64,000 nucleotides of DNA from Camelus dromedarius (taxonomy: Eukaryota), in contig NC_087437.1 in assembly GCF_036321535.1 (NCBI RefSeq), forward strand, positions 73,410,001 through 73,474,000, in the 5' to 3' direction. A program made the translations under genes and the position numbers. Positions 37,356 through 49,803 of this stretch are shown here, in pieces. The notes under the pieces are model-generated. The model did no database searches and had not been told where the DNA came from. It saw only the letters and a list, made by a program, of their open reading frames with translations. The stretch's first letter is position 1. Every line of letters begins with the position of its first letter.

Positions 37356-38198
37356 TGTGACAAAATGAGAACTATATATTTGATCTTTCTCTAGTTCCTG
37401 GCAGAGAGCTCCTGTAACTCTCGGAGTTTTCTGAGTGATGGGGTGAGAGGAGCATCTTTTGTTATTTATAATAAACCCCTTTCAACCACATATATGCTTA
37501 TGTTAATGAGATGACTCTTGGAAGTTAAGGACTAGTTGCCAGAGAAACCAACCAAGTGATTAGAAGGTTGAAACTTTTAGCCCCACCCAACTCCCAACCT
37601 CCAGGGGTTGGGAGAGAAGCTGGAGATTGATTTCACCATCAATGGCCAAAGGCATAATTAATCATGTGAACTTAATGAAACCTCTATTAAAAACTCTAAA
37701 CCCTGAGAGCTTCCAGGTTGGTGAATACATGAAGGTGCTGGGAGGCTAATGCGCTCAGAGATGGCATGGCAGCTCTGCACCCCTTCCCACAGATCTTGCC
37801 CTGTGCATCCCTTCCATTCTGCTATTCCTGAGTTGTATCCTTTATAATAAACCAGTAAATTTAATTAAGTGTTTCACCTGAGTTCCGAGAGCCCTTCTAG
37901 CAACTTACTGAATCCCGGGAGGGGGTCATGGAAACTCTCAATTTATAGCCAATTGTTCAGAAGTCCAGCTGACAACCTGGAACCTGTGATTGGCATCCCA
38001 AATGGGGGCAGGCTTGTGGGACTGGGGCCTTAATCTTTGGAGCCTGTGCTAACTCCAGGTAGTTAGTGTCATAATCCAGCTGTAGGAAAATTGGTCTGAA
38101 GAGCTGGAGAATTGTTTGATGTGGGAATCCTCCCCACCATACTCGGTATCAGAAGCTGGCGCAAGTAGAGCAGAAATGAAACAAGAGTTTTCTTTTAC
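37356..38198 (+). mobile_element. MER21-like ERVL solo LTR
   Basis: gttcctggcagagagctcct...aataaacccctttcaaccac...ccagagaaaccaacca...gagagcttccaggttggtgaa...ctgagttgtatcctttataataaacc. Confidence 0.8.
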
Positions 38199-39442
38199 TG
38201 ATATACCTCCGTATCCTCTTACCTTAATTCCTTTGACCAACACTCGAGAACCTTAACACGAAACTCAGCATTACTTCAAAGCACCTTATCTAGCCTGCCC
38301 TACTAAGACCCTAGGCCCACTCCATTCCTTGCCAGTCTGTTTTTTTCATGAGACTCTAGGACACCTGTTTCATCATGAACAAACATCCCCATATCCTTTT
38401 AATATTTCTACCTTCTATAACAAAATAAAACAGGCATATTGTTCTAAAATTTAAGATTCGTTGCATTATCTCATATAGAAAGCTTATGTTTCTTTCTACT
38501 TCTTCAATTCATGCTGCCTGGAGCAGGGCTGGGTGTATCTACTTCTAGATCATTGTTCTGTAGACTTCATTTAACAACCTGTCTTCTTTGAATTTCTGTG
38601 TACACTTTTTTATTCTGCTACTTGAAGTCCCTGACAACATCAATACTTTGTAACCTCCTGTGGACCTCTGGTCTCAGTGGGAATTTCTCACTAAAGAGCT
38701 CTTTCTAAACTACCCTCTGGTTTTCCTACTAGTTTACCATCATTGTTGAATTTATTCTTCAGCTTCTAATTTTTGTCTTCTAACACTTATCTTCAAATCC
38801 ATTATTCTCATTCTGGCTTTTTTGCCTTCCTACCGAGACTGGACTCCACGGTAAACATCTCAATAATACACTTGCCAGCCCTTGTTTGCTTTGCTAACCC
38901 TCACTAACAACACTCAGCATTCCTGCTGTAGATCAGGAGTTGCTTGATAAAATCTCAACAGGGCACCAGCTACAATTCCTGAAATTTCATGGTATCAAAA
39001 TTCCCCTTGGTTCTCAAAGCTGCTCAACAGTTCTTATAATCATCCTTCTTAAAACCTTTACAGTGATGGCTCCAAATTTTTTCCTTCCTCCTCAGACCTC
39101 CATCCCTTTCCTTAGCCCTTGCATTCTCTTTGGATAACAATGCTTCTTATCTCCCTGGAAAAATCGTAGCTCTTCTAGATGAATTGCATTAATCTCCTTC
39201 TAATTTAACTTATCTTGTCACCCTTTCCTCTCTCTTGCAATAATTCAAAAGTTTGTTGACACAAACATCATCTCTACCCTCCCCTACCTTCTAACAGTCA
39301 GATTGTTAGACTCTAAGCACCTGAGGATTGCAGAACATAGATACTACTCACCTCTTAGAAAATGACCAGACATGTTACATGTTAGAATTCTTAAAATCAA
39401 ATTTCAAATCAGGAAACCAGCTTTAAAGACAGCAGGCAGCTC

Positions 39443-39845
39443 AACATGAATGGACCTAGAAAATATCATACTAAATGAAGAAAATCAGACAGAGAAAGAC
39501 AAACACTATATGATACCACTTATATGTGGAATCTAAAAAATAATACAAATGAATCTATACACAAAGCAGAAACAGACTCACAGCTATAGAAAATAACTTG
39601 TGGTTAGCAAAGAGGAAGGGGGAGGATAAATTAGAAGTATGGGATTAACAGATACAAACTACTATGCATAAAATAGATAGGCAACAAAGATTTACTATAT
39701 GCACAGGGAATTATATTCAGTATCTTGTAATAACAGATAATGAAAAATAATCTGAAAAAATACATGTAACTGAATCACTCTATTGTACAACTGAAACTAA
39801 CACAATATTGTAAATCAACTATACTTCAATAATTAAAAAAAAGAA
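39443..39845 (+). mobile_element. L1 3' end
   Basis: atggacctagaaaatatcatactaaatgaag...acagactcacag...gcacagggaattatattc...ctatacttcaataattaaaaaa. Confidence 0.88.
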
Positions 39846-40096
39846 AACAGACTGATGGTAGTTCTGCTGCCCTCTTGTACCCTACAGTCTTTCTGTTATA
39901 GGAATAAAATGCCAAACAAAAGAGTTGACCTAATAAAAAGAACTAAATTAGAAAGCTATAAGCCAGCTTGTCATGAGAATCATTTCTATCCTTCTCATGA
40001 TCAAATATTTTAATGCTAAGCTGTTGCCATTCACTGTTTGAAAATGTCATTTTGGTATAAATATATGTGAATATTTGGGTATATAAATGTTTTGTG

Positions 40097-40238
40097 TATT
40101 CAGCCATAAAAACTGACAACATAACGCCATTTGCAGCAACCTGGATGTTGCTGGAGAATGTGATTCTAAGTGAAGTAAGCCAGAAAGAGAAAGAAAAATA
40201 CCATATGAGATCGCTTATATGTGGAATCTAAAAAAAAA
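40097..40238 (+). mobile_element. Short L1 fragment ending at the internal A-run after the ORF2 stop
   Basis: tattcagccataaaaactgacaacataacgccatttgcagcaac...atatgtggaatct followed by an A-run, flanked by aaatgttttgtg / aaaagttttgtg. Confidence 0.85.
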
Positions 40239-40724
40239 TAAAAAGTTTTGTGGTTGTTTTCATATGTGATTCTGTAACTAGGTGGCTAGAACCTCAGGAT
40301 CTATGGGGATGGGGGAGTTTTTGCTTTATAACTTTCTTTGTCTTTTTTACTCTGCCCTTTATATATTTCATAAGAATTCCATCTTTTTAATTCCTTATTT
40401 TGTATTTTCCTATCTATTTCCATAACTATCTCCAGGGTTACTTAAATTACTGTGGAATATACTACATTATTGAAAAAGACGTAGGTATTCATATTTCTAA
40501 TACAACTTATCCAGAGAAACTAATGTGTCATTTCTGCCAGTCTCTGTATTTATAACATGAGAGAAATCCCTGGGAAACTGACCCTGTAGCCTAATGATAA
40601 AATAACCTTTCAGAACTATTAAATATTTTATTCTTACAGGGATTATTGACAATGAATGAAGGAACTACCCTTTTGAATGCTATAATAGAATATATATTTC
40701 ATTTATTCAGTAAATATTTATTCA

Positions 40725-41213
40725 GATCAACCTGTGGGGCCTTCCCAGGACAATCTCCTCCCACATATCCTCTGCTGTAGCTCCACTCTGAAGTACCTAG
40801 ATGATAATGTCTGATGCACATTACTTTTGTTGTTTTACAGATGCTAAAACCACCACCAAATGGAAGAAATTAACTACTGGGTGATCATGAGCATGCAGCC
40901 CTCAGACCTACTGGCACTTAAGGTTGATAATGTTAACCCTTGTGACACTGCCCTGTTACCTCACCATCGACCAGTCAGAGAACTGTGCATGAGCTGATCA
41001 TATAACCTGCAACCCTCCTCCCTCACCTGGCCTTTAAAAAAAAGGTTCAGCCTTTGTTGAAACCCTTCATGGAGTCTGGCTATTTTTTGAGCACAAGCCA
41101 CCTGTTTTCCTTGTGTTGCTGTCTTACAATAAATGCTGCACTTTCCTTCACCACAACCCAGTGATTGGCTTTACTGTGTGCAGGTGAGCAGACCCAAGTT
41201 TGGTTTGGTAGCA
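40725..41213 (+). mobile_element. ERV1-type solo LTR
   Basis: Paralogous to 43020-43484 (cagatgctaaaaccaccaccaaa, ccctcacctggcctttaaa). Has aataaa at ~41128 and ends tttggtttggtagca. Confidence 0.75.
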
Positions 41214-41254
41214 CAAACTCCATGCAGTGGAGACGTAGCAATAAAGAAGACATA

Positions 41255-42060
41255 TCAAAACTACAATGGGGTATCACCTCACACCAGTCAGAATGGCCAT
41301 CATTTAAAAGTCCACAAATGATAAATGCTGGAGAGGGTGTGGAGAAAAGGAACCCTCCTACACTGTTGATGTGAATGTTAATTGGTGCAGTCACTATGGA
41401 GGACAGTATGGATGTTCCTTTAAAAATTAAAAATACACTTACCATATGATCCAGCAATCACACTCCTGGGCATACATCCAGAGAAACTACAATTGGAAAA
41501 GACACATGCACCCCAATGTTCACAGCAGCCCTACTTACAATAGCCAAGACATGGAAACAACTTACATGTCCATCGACAATAGAATACTACTCAGCCATAA
41601 AAAAGAACAAAATAATGCCATTTGCAGCAACATGGATGGACCTGGAGGTCATCATTCTAAGTGAAGTAAGCCAGGAAGAGAAAGAAAAATAACATATGAT
41701 ATCACTCATATCTGTGGAATCTAAAAAAAAAAAAGAAAAAAGAAGACACTGATGAACTCATCTACAAAACAGATATAGACTCGTAGACATAGTAAACAAT
41801 CTTATGATTACCAGGAGGAAAGGGGGTGGGAGGGGGTAAATTTGCGAGTTTGATATTTGCAAATATTTACTATATATAAGAATAGATAAAAAAACCAGAT
41901 TTTTTCAGCATAGCACAGGGAACTATATTCAATATCTTATAATAACCTTTAATGGAAAAGAATATGAAAATGAATATATGTATGTATATGTGTGAATGAG
42001 ACATTATGCTATACAGCAGAAACTGACACATTATAACTGACTATACTTCAATTTTAAAAA
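41255..42060 (+). mobile_element. 5'-truncated L1 (end of ORF2 and 3' UTR) with TSD
   Basis: tcacctcacaccagtcagaatggcc...aaactgacacattataactgactatacttcaatttt followed by an A tail. Perfect 12-bp TSD aaagaagacata (41243-41254 / 42061-42072). Confidence 0.92.
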
Positions 42061-42354
42061 AAAGAAGACATAGAAGTCCTTCTCTTTAATGACTTTTCAG
42101 TTTAGCAGGGGAGGCAGATATTAAATGAAAAATTATGCAAATTTTTGGTCACAATTTTATTAATATTGTGAGGAAAGTCACAGAGTGCCCAAGAGTAAAT
42201 ATCAAGGGACCAAAATTAATATGTGGAGTGAAAAATAGCTTTATTGATGAACTACTGTTTAAGCTAAGACCCAGAAAATGACCTGGTGTTAAACCCTATA
42301 AAAACCACATGAGCTCATATGTGTGTCTTGAAAGGATCCAATGTAAAGTCCACA

Positions 42355-42815
42355 TGTGCCAATTATTTGTGTGTAGCTCTTAACTCCATTCCTGACCTTC
42401 TGTGTTCTCTGATTCACAAGGGCTGGAAGCTGGCAAACTACATTTTGCAGACTCCTTGTCAGCACATTAATTTCTATTACTTTCTGATACTATGCAACAG
42501 TGGCAGGACATTTAGAGCAGGAGACATGAAGAAGTCATTTTCTTTCTGCTTCTGGGAGCCTCAGGTATCAGCAACAGAAGTGGTAGAAAACTCTGGGCTC
42601 TAGTAGTCAGTAAAAGTTTTTAGCAGCATCTGTAAAAAGACAAGCACCTGTTTAGTTCCAAGCATAGTAGAAACAGGCATATTTCCAGCACATCAAAGAG
42701 AAGTGAAGGCTAGTGGGCTCCAGCTCAGGAAAGGCAGCAGCTTCCTGATCTTCAGATGATGTCTCATCACTATAATGATCCTAGTGTTCTGTTTTCCTGG
42801 CTGTATACTGACTAA
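42355..42815 (+). mobile_element. Old ERVL LTR (LTR41/LTR33-like)
   Basis: gggctggaagctggcaaactacattttgcagactccttg...ttctgttttcctggctgtatactgactaat. Confidence 0.5.
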
Positions 42816-43019
42816 TGAAGAATAGGAGAATGGTATAAGGGCCTAGAGTGGTAGAATGGGTGCAGGTTAAAGAGATTCTTTTGGTTGTGTTAAGTATTTT
42901 GGACTTTCATTCTAACGGTAATGGGAAACTATTGAAAGATTCTCAATAGGGAGATGACATGATCAACTTTCCATTTTTAAAAAGAGCAGTTTGACTACCA
43001 TAGACAAACTGGATTGGTA

Positions 43020-43484
43020 CATAACTGAGCAGGAACCATGTGGGGCCTTCCAGGCTCAGACTTCTCGCCCATTTCCTCTGTTGTAGCTCCTCTCTGATGT
43101 ACGCAGATGATAGTATTTCAGGCATATTTTGTGAGTCTTTCAGATGCTAAAAACCACCACCAAAGGGAAGAAACTAGTTGATGATCAAGAGCACAGACTT
43201 TCTGGTGCCTAGGGGTTGACAGTGTTGACTGCTATGTTACTTCAACATCAACCAATCAGACAATCGTGCATGAGCTGGTCAGTACCCTACAACCCCTTCT
43301 CCCTCACCTGGCCTTTAAATATGCTTTGTTGGAACCCTCTGGGGAGTTCAGGGTTTTCCTGGGCATGAGCCACCATGTCCTCCTTGCTCAGCCCTGCAGT
43401 AAACCTTCCTCTGCTCCAAACTCTTACTTTTCAGTTTGTTTGGCCTCATGGTGAGTCAGGCACGTGAACGTGCCTTCAGTAACA
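43020..43484 (+). mobile_element. ERV1-type solo LTR (same family as 40725-41213)
   Basis: tgtggggccttccagg...cctctgttgtagctcc...cagatgctaaaaaccaccaccaaagggaagaaa...cctttaaatatg...cttcagtaaca. Confidence 0.75.
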
Positions 43485-44361
43485 GTAATAACAAGAGTAA
43501 ATTCAATGATCAGTTAAGTAGCTATAGGAATTTAAGTAAGAACTGATGATAGAGAAAAAAATGATAAAAATAGAGAAGTTGACTGAGTTGAAAAGAAATT
43601 GATATGACTCGGGGATGGGTTGGATTTTGAAGGTTAAGAGGAAAAACGTCAGGGATTATTCTGAGTTTCTGACATGACTACTGAGTAGGTAGTGGTGCCA
43701 ATCACTGAGATAAGACATTTTAGGGGCAAATATTATACCTTTAAATTTGAGGTGCATATGAAACATCCAAGCAGATTTGATGAGTACACAGATAACCAGA
43801 TACAGAACTCATAGCATTGGTCTGTACTGGAGAAATGAAAGGAAAGCAGCAAACTGATTGTATTTCAACCTGGGTACATATATGAGTTCACTTAGGACAT
43901 GAGTATAGTGTGAGCAGATAAGGCCTAATCCTGACAAATGGGGATATGTAAATAACATTTGGAAGAAAGGACAGCTCTGGCAAAAGACACTGAGGAGTTG
44001 TCAGAGAGGAAAAAGGGCAACTACAAATGAGGTATCATTGAAACTAAGGGACAAAATGTTTCTAGAAAGAGGGAATCATCAGTTAGGTTGAATGCTACAA
44101 TTAAAAGGAAGACGTTGGTAATCTCCGGAAGAACAAGCAATAGAAACCAGTTGTGGCTAATAGAAGCAGAATTTATTATGTTACTATAATAACATGATAT
44201 AATATATTGTATTAGTATAATAATGGAATTTATTACAAGGGTATTGGGTAGTTCATTAAATCTCTGGGAGGCTTGGTAAACCAGATTGGAGACTAGCAGC
44301 CAGAAACAATGTCCAAAATCCCACTGCAGGGGTGACCAAGGTTTGGACCATACATTAGATG

Positions 44362-44865
44362 TGTAAGAGAGGAAAAAGTTTTCCTAACTGCTATTAAAGT
44401 CCCTGGTTGGGTCTGGAAAAAAACTGACAGAGACAGATTAACAGGAGAAAAGCATACGCATGTATTTAATACTGGTTTTACCTGACAGAGGATGCTTTAT
44501 AAGAAATTGGCAACCCAAAGATACTGTTAAACCTAAGTATTTTTGTCCCAAGTTTGGCAGAGTGGACAGTCACAGAGAAATATGATAGGGCAAAGGGTAT
44601 GTGGTAAGTGCAGTAAACTGGAGGAAAATTATCAAGGCCTGTCTGATTCTTCTGGGCATCCCCTTGTCTTCAGAAATAAGGATGCTCCTCTCCTCCATGT
44701 ATAGGGAAGGCATCTCTCACAAGAGGGACTTGTGCTTTGGGGAGAAGGGTAGGGGAAAAGTCAGAGAGACCTTCCTGTTTCTGCCATTTTCTCAAACACC
44801 GTCGACTTAAAATATTCAATATGTCAAGGTGCCTTATTTTGGCACAATGGGTCTAAACCCCATCA
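44362..44865 (-). mobile_element. ERV1 solo LTR (MER34-like), inserted in an older MaLR-like element
   Basis: TG...CA ends; gacagattaacaggagaaaagcata; aaaatattcaatatgtcaaggtgccttattttgg. Flanks gatg/gaca fit a CpG-decayed GACG TSD. Confidence 0.75.
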
Positions 44866-45199
44866 GACATCATCTCTTACTCTGCTGTCACTGTTACATC
44901 AGAAACTCAGTCTTCTGACAACCATGATCATCATCAAAGAGTTTTTCAAATACCACATGGTTCTTAGGTCAGCGCATCTGATCTGTCTAGTGGTGGAAAC
45001 ACAAGCTAGGCTGGAATCGATGGAGGAACGCATGGAAGAGGAAGATCTGAGATTTGAACAAGTATAGATAACTGCAAAGAAAATGAAGGAGGGGTAGCTG
45101 GAAGGCAATGTGGTATCCACGGACAGTTTTTTAAGATTAGAAAGACCTAGAAGATGTGGAGAAGGCTGATATTAGGGAGTTAAAAGATAATCTATAAAG

Positions 45200-46600
45200 T
45201 GAGATTACTTGAGTAACAGGACAAGAATGCCTGTGATCACACTGTTGTCTATCATTATTCTGGGGGTACTAAACAGGGAAAATGAAAAAGAGAATTTTGA
45301 GGTTTAAACATTAGAAAAAGAGAAGTTGAATTATTGTTATTTGCAGGTAGTATAATTATACACCTAAAAATCCCAAGACAATTAATTAAAGCCTGTTACA
45401 ATTAGGGAATTCATTAAGGTGACTGACAACAAAATTAATATATACAGAAATTAGTAGCTTTTATATATTGAAACCAGTTAGGAGATCTAATAAAACAGAA
45501 TCCACTTAAAATAACTAAAAGTGATAAAATATCTAGAAGTGATCTTAACAAGAAATATGTAAAATTTGTATGATGAAAACTTTAAAATAGGAATCATAAA
45601 AGTAGTAGAGAAAAATCATAAGAATTTTCTTTCCAATAAACTTGGAGTAGGGAAAGTATATTACAAAAATCAGAGGCCTAAGAGTAAAACTTTAATAAAT
45701 CTGACTAAGAAAAATTTTCTACATGACCAAAAAGAAAAACTTGCAACTCGAATTACAAAAGCTGTCTTTCCATGTAAATAACTTATACAAATCAATTTTA
45801 AAAACACAACATGGGAAAGTAGAAAAAGAATATGAACAGAACTCTTAGAAAAATACTTACAAATGGCTTTTAAATATTTGAAAAGATTGTCAATCTTTCT
45901 TATGATAAGTGAAATGCTAATTAAACTTACATTATGAAATCAGCAAAAAAAAATGTTTGTGATGCCCTTCTGTTGGTGTTGGGTAAATATTATGACTCAT
46001 ACATTTTTGGTGGGATTGTAATTTGGTTTGTCATCTATGAAGGCTCATTTGGTAATATCTATCAAAATTACAATTGTGTTTACTCTTTTACTCTGAAATC
46101 CCATTGATAGGAATTTAATCTATAGGTAGATTATATAGATTCATATAAATTTCTATATATGATATGTGGAGTAATATACAAAATTATTTTTTGCAATGTT
46201 GTTCATGATGCTAAGTGTTTGGAGACAAGTTAAATGTCCATCAGTGAGGTAAGATTAAATAATCTATGGTACATTCATAATTAATGCTACTTATTTAAAA
46301 AAGAATGAACTAATATTTTATGATTTAATATTATCTCCAAGGTATATTTGTAAATAAAAAAACAAGATATGTAACAGTGTGTAAAGTGTATTGTTTTTTT
46401 AAAAAAGACTTAGGAAAGAATATGTTTGCATATATTTACTTGTCAGAATATCTCTGACAGGATAATTGACCCAAGGAGAACATAGGTGACTGAAGCTAGG
46501 GATGGAAAAGAGACTATTCACCATATTCTCTTTTGTAACTTTTGAACTTTGAACCATTTATATATATTGCCTAGTCAAAATAATTAAAATCTGAAAACAA
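45200..46600 (+). mobile_element. Ancient L1 (L1ME-like) fragments
   Basis: ttatttgcagg...cctaaaaatccc...aaaattaatata; ttggtaatatctatcaaaatt; taaatgtccatcagtg. Confidence 0.65.
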
Positions 46601-46919
46601 AATGCCTATGAGTTTCTTGGAAATATAGAAGGGAACATAATTCATAGAATAGGTGGAGAGGTTGGCCTTGAATGAAAAGCCCATTTATTTTTACAGGTCA
46701 AAAAGAAGAGAGGGGAGAAGTAGCATTGACTTGGTGGCACGAGATTGAAAGCTGAAGAAATCTTTTTTTTGAAGCTCTTAAAAAAAATGTTTACTTATTT
46801 ATTTTTTAGAGGAAAATGCAAGGCCCTGAGAGTATAAGGCGTATGGAAGAGGGTGGAACCTGAGAAGAGTAGAGTTGGAAATAACTGTTGTGGAGTTTAA
46901 GAGGAAAGCAAGCTGATCG

Positions 46920-47469
46920 TGTTACCAGGGCTGCTGCCCCAGAATCTTACTCTACCCCTCCCTTGAATAGAAACCAGTTACTCTTATCTAAGTTTCAGGA
47001 GGAAGCTGCAGAGAGAGAAGAACCAGAACGGGCTAGAACCAACTGGTGGAGAATTTGACTTCCAGTAGAACTTGAGCCTCATTATACGCTCATTGTAATC
47101 CATTAGCATGCTAAATGACACACCCACCCCTACCATGACAGTTGACAACTGCCATGACAACAACCTGAAAAGCCTGTACAAGGACTGAAAAGGAGAGTTG
47201 CATCAGTTCTGAGTCTAAGGAACATCCCTGTTCTCGGATAAATCATGAATATTCCTCCCATTCTTTCCAATTCTCCCCCTTTTACCTCGACCCTCCCGTA
47301 TATTTGGTATCTCCACCTGAACTGGGTTGAGAAAATGACTTGTGAACTAGGTTCCTGCTTTTCCATTCTTTGCCCACTGAATGAAGCCTGTGTTATTCTA
47401 GTCTCAGCATTGGTTTCGTTATTGGACAGGGGGTCTTGGCTGGGCTGGGACCTGACCAATTCGGTGACA
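46920..47469 (+). mobile_element. MER41-like ERV1 solo LTR
   Basis: TG...CA ends with 4-bp TSD atcg/atca. cattagcatgctaaatgacacacccacc...ccatgacagttgacaactgccatgacaac and tcatgaatattcctccc match the recalled MER41 core. Confidence 0.75.
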
Positions 47470-49114
47470 ATCACAGGAATGTAGTTAAAATGCAAAGCAG
47501 TATTATTGATGGCCAATTAGAGGTTAGTTACTGGAGTTCCAAACTATCCTCTCAGTTGTCCGATTTGTCTCCAACGGGGAGAGGTTAATGAAAGTGAAAT
47601 GTCTACTTTTTTGCTTTTGGTTTCTTGCTGATCAGGAAGACTGAGGAAGAGATGATCTCTGTCGGTTAGAGAACACCCTAAGGGTGGGTAATTAAGCTGC
47701 CTGGAAATGCCACCTCAGTAGGGAAAAGTACCATTTTACTGTTTACCATCGTCTGTCAAACAGAGACAAGAACAAATTTATAAGGATTTGCTTCCACAGA
47801 AGCAACACAAATTCTATTTGATTTTCTTAAGTTCTCAGAAATTTTGTGAGATTCTGACTAGTTTAAGCTCCATCTATAAAAACTATAAACAAGTTGTCAG
47901 CTTAGTGTAAATTCTTTTTTACTTATTTATTACTCATGTTAAATCCAGTATAATATGAATCTGTTTCAAAGTTTTTAAAAGAAACTTAAAAAAAGAGTAG
48001 CATACTAAACTGAATCTTTAAAGTATTTTACCATTTAAGCCAAACTTAGAAGTAGAGCTATATCATGAATCACGCTGATTTATAACTATTGAAATGTTAA
48101 GAGCAGAAAGACTGTGTGTATTAGCTATTTTTGACATATTAACATGTTAAAAAATTGAAGCACCTAAAAGTCATAACACATCGAGTTTTTCACCCCAAAT
48201 GTTATACTCTGAAAGATTCTGCTCACCAGAATTGCTTTTTAAAAATTCTAATTTTTAAGGCTGCAAATAAATGTAATTTCTCAGGAATTTAATCTTCAGA
48301 CAGAGCTAAGACCCTTCTGTCATTTAAAAGTCAAAATTATGTGTGAGAAGACACAGTAGTTTTTGTTATGATAATATGGTCTATTGAAAATGAAGGTAAC
48401 ATTCATTACTTGCAGGTGTGCTGTTACAAATCTACTTAGAAAGTGCTTTTGAAATCCCTTACTTTCATTCTTTTGCCTTTGGAGATTTTTTCAGTGACCA
48501 AGCATTACCTCCCATAGTGATCTTTAAATAGCAACAATAGAAAGACTTTTTCTTCAAAATTGTCATTGGAAAAGGTATTTTCCTTGTGCTGAGCTCAGAG
48601 TAAGACTGGATTGATAGGCATTTTGTAGTTAAGTCTTAGTCCCCTTAAAATAGATACTCTTCAGTGATAGGCCAATAGTTACGTAAGTGTTTGTATGGGC
48701 AAGTATAAATTGTGCATTTTGGCTTTCCCTATGAGTCCAGTGGAGTATTCCCATTGCATTGACTAGGATCCCCACTTATGAAGTATTATGAAGACACAAA
48801 ACACTTTGCATTAAAGTGATATAACCATTGAAACAGTAAACAACAGCAAAATATGTTTAACATATATACTGTTCCATGTCTCCATGGCTCTACAGAGATA
48901 ACGCTAATTATAAAATGCTAATCTATAAAATAAAACAGAAGCTTGAAATGAGTACAGTACTTTTTTGTAAAAATTTGTTTCTGAATACGATAGGGCCAGT
49001 GTACTTTTTGAATCAGAGAATTCTTAGATCTAAAAGGGTTCAACCTTCTTATATTTTATACACAAGGAAACTTAGGTTCAAACCCTTTAAGTAACCTGCT
49101 CAAAGCTACACAGT

Positions 49115-49585
49115 GTTACCAGCTGAGTATCTTCGGCTGCACATTACAGATAATCTCAGGTACACTTGTTTAAACAAAGGGATTTACTTTCTCTTATAAT
49201 GGAAAGGCTGGAAGTAGCCAACTGCTGGTGTTAGTTCAGCTAATGAACAACATCTAAGGCCTAGACTCTTTCAGTCTTTCTGCCATGGTCTCCATAGATT
49301 TCTGGCTCTTCACCCTCATAACCTCAATGCTCAAGGTCATGAAAAGATTACAACAGCTCCAGGCATTATAGCCAAGTGAAAGGCAAGAAGAAGGGAGAAT
49401 TCAAAGTCAACAACATCTCTTCAACAGTATATTGAAACTCCTCCCAAAAGCCTTCCAAGAGATCTCCCTCATGTTTCTTTGGCTAGGACTGGGTCACGTG
49501 CCTGCGCCTAGGATGGGCCTTTCTAGCCTTCTGCAAGAATCATTTTAGAGATAATTGTAGGGTTGGCCAACCAACAATATCAGTC
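49115..49585 (-). mobile_element. Old MaLR LTR (MLT1J/K-like)
   Basis: cttgtttaaacaaagggattta...cagctccaggcatta...ttggctaggactgggtcacgtgcc...gggttggccaaccaacaat. Confidence 0.6.
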
Positions 49586-49761
49586 CAGCACAATTATTAT
49601 GATTTTAGAAATCCGTTTTTCTTATACTTGGAAATTGGCTATATCCCACCTAAATACTCCAGGATGAAAAATAATTCAAGGATACTTCAGCTGCCTAAAG
49701 TGGCATTATTTCAGAATAATGGAGACAAAATAAGGAAAAGGTGTCCTATTTTCCATACTGC

Positions 49762-49800
<39 letters not shown>

Positions 49801-49803
49801 TAC
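49762..49803 (+). repeat. (TAT)n microsatellite
   Basis: About 11 perfect TAT units, then TAC/TAT variants. Confidence 0.92.

Noticed and set aside
40725..43484. Two same-family, same-orientation LTRs as the ends of one provirus
   Set aside because: They are visibly diverged from each other. The interval holds L1, L2-like and another LTR, with no primer-binding site or gag/pol.
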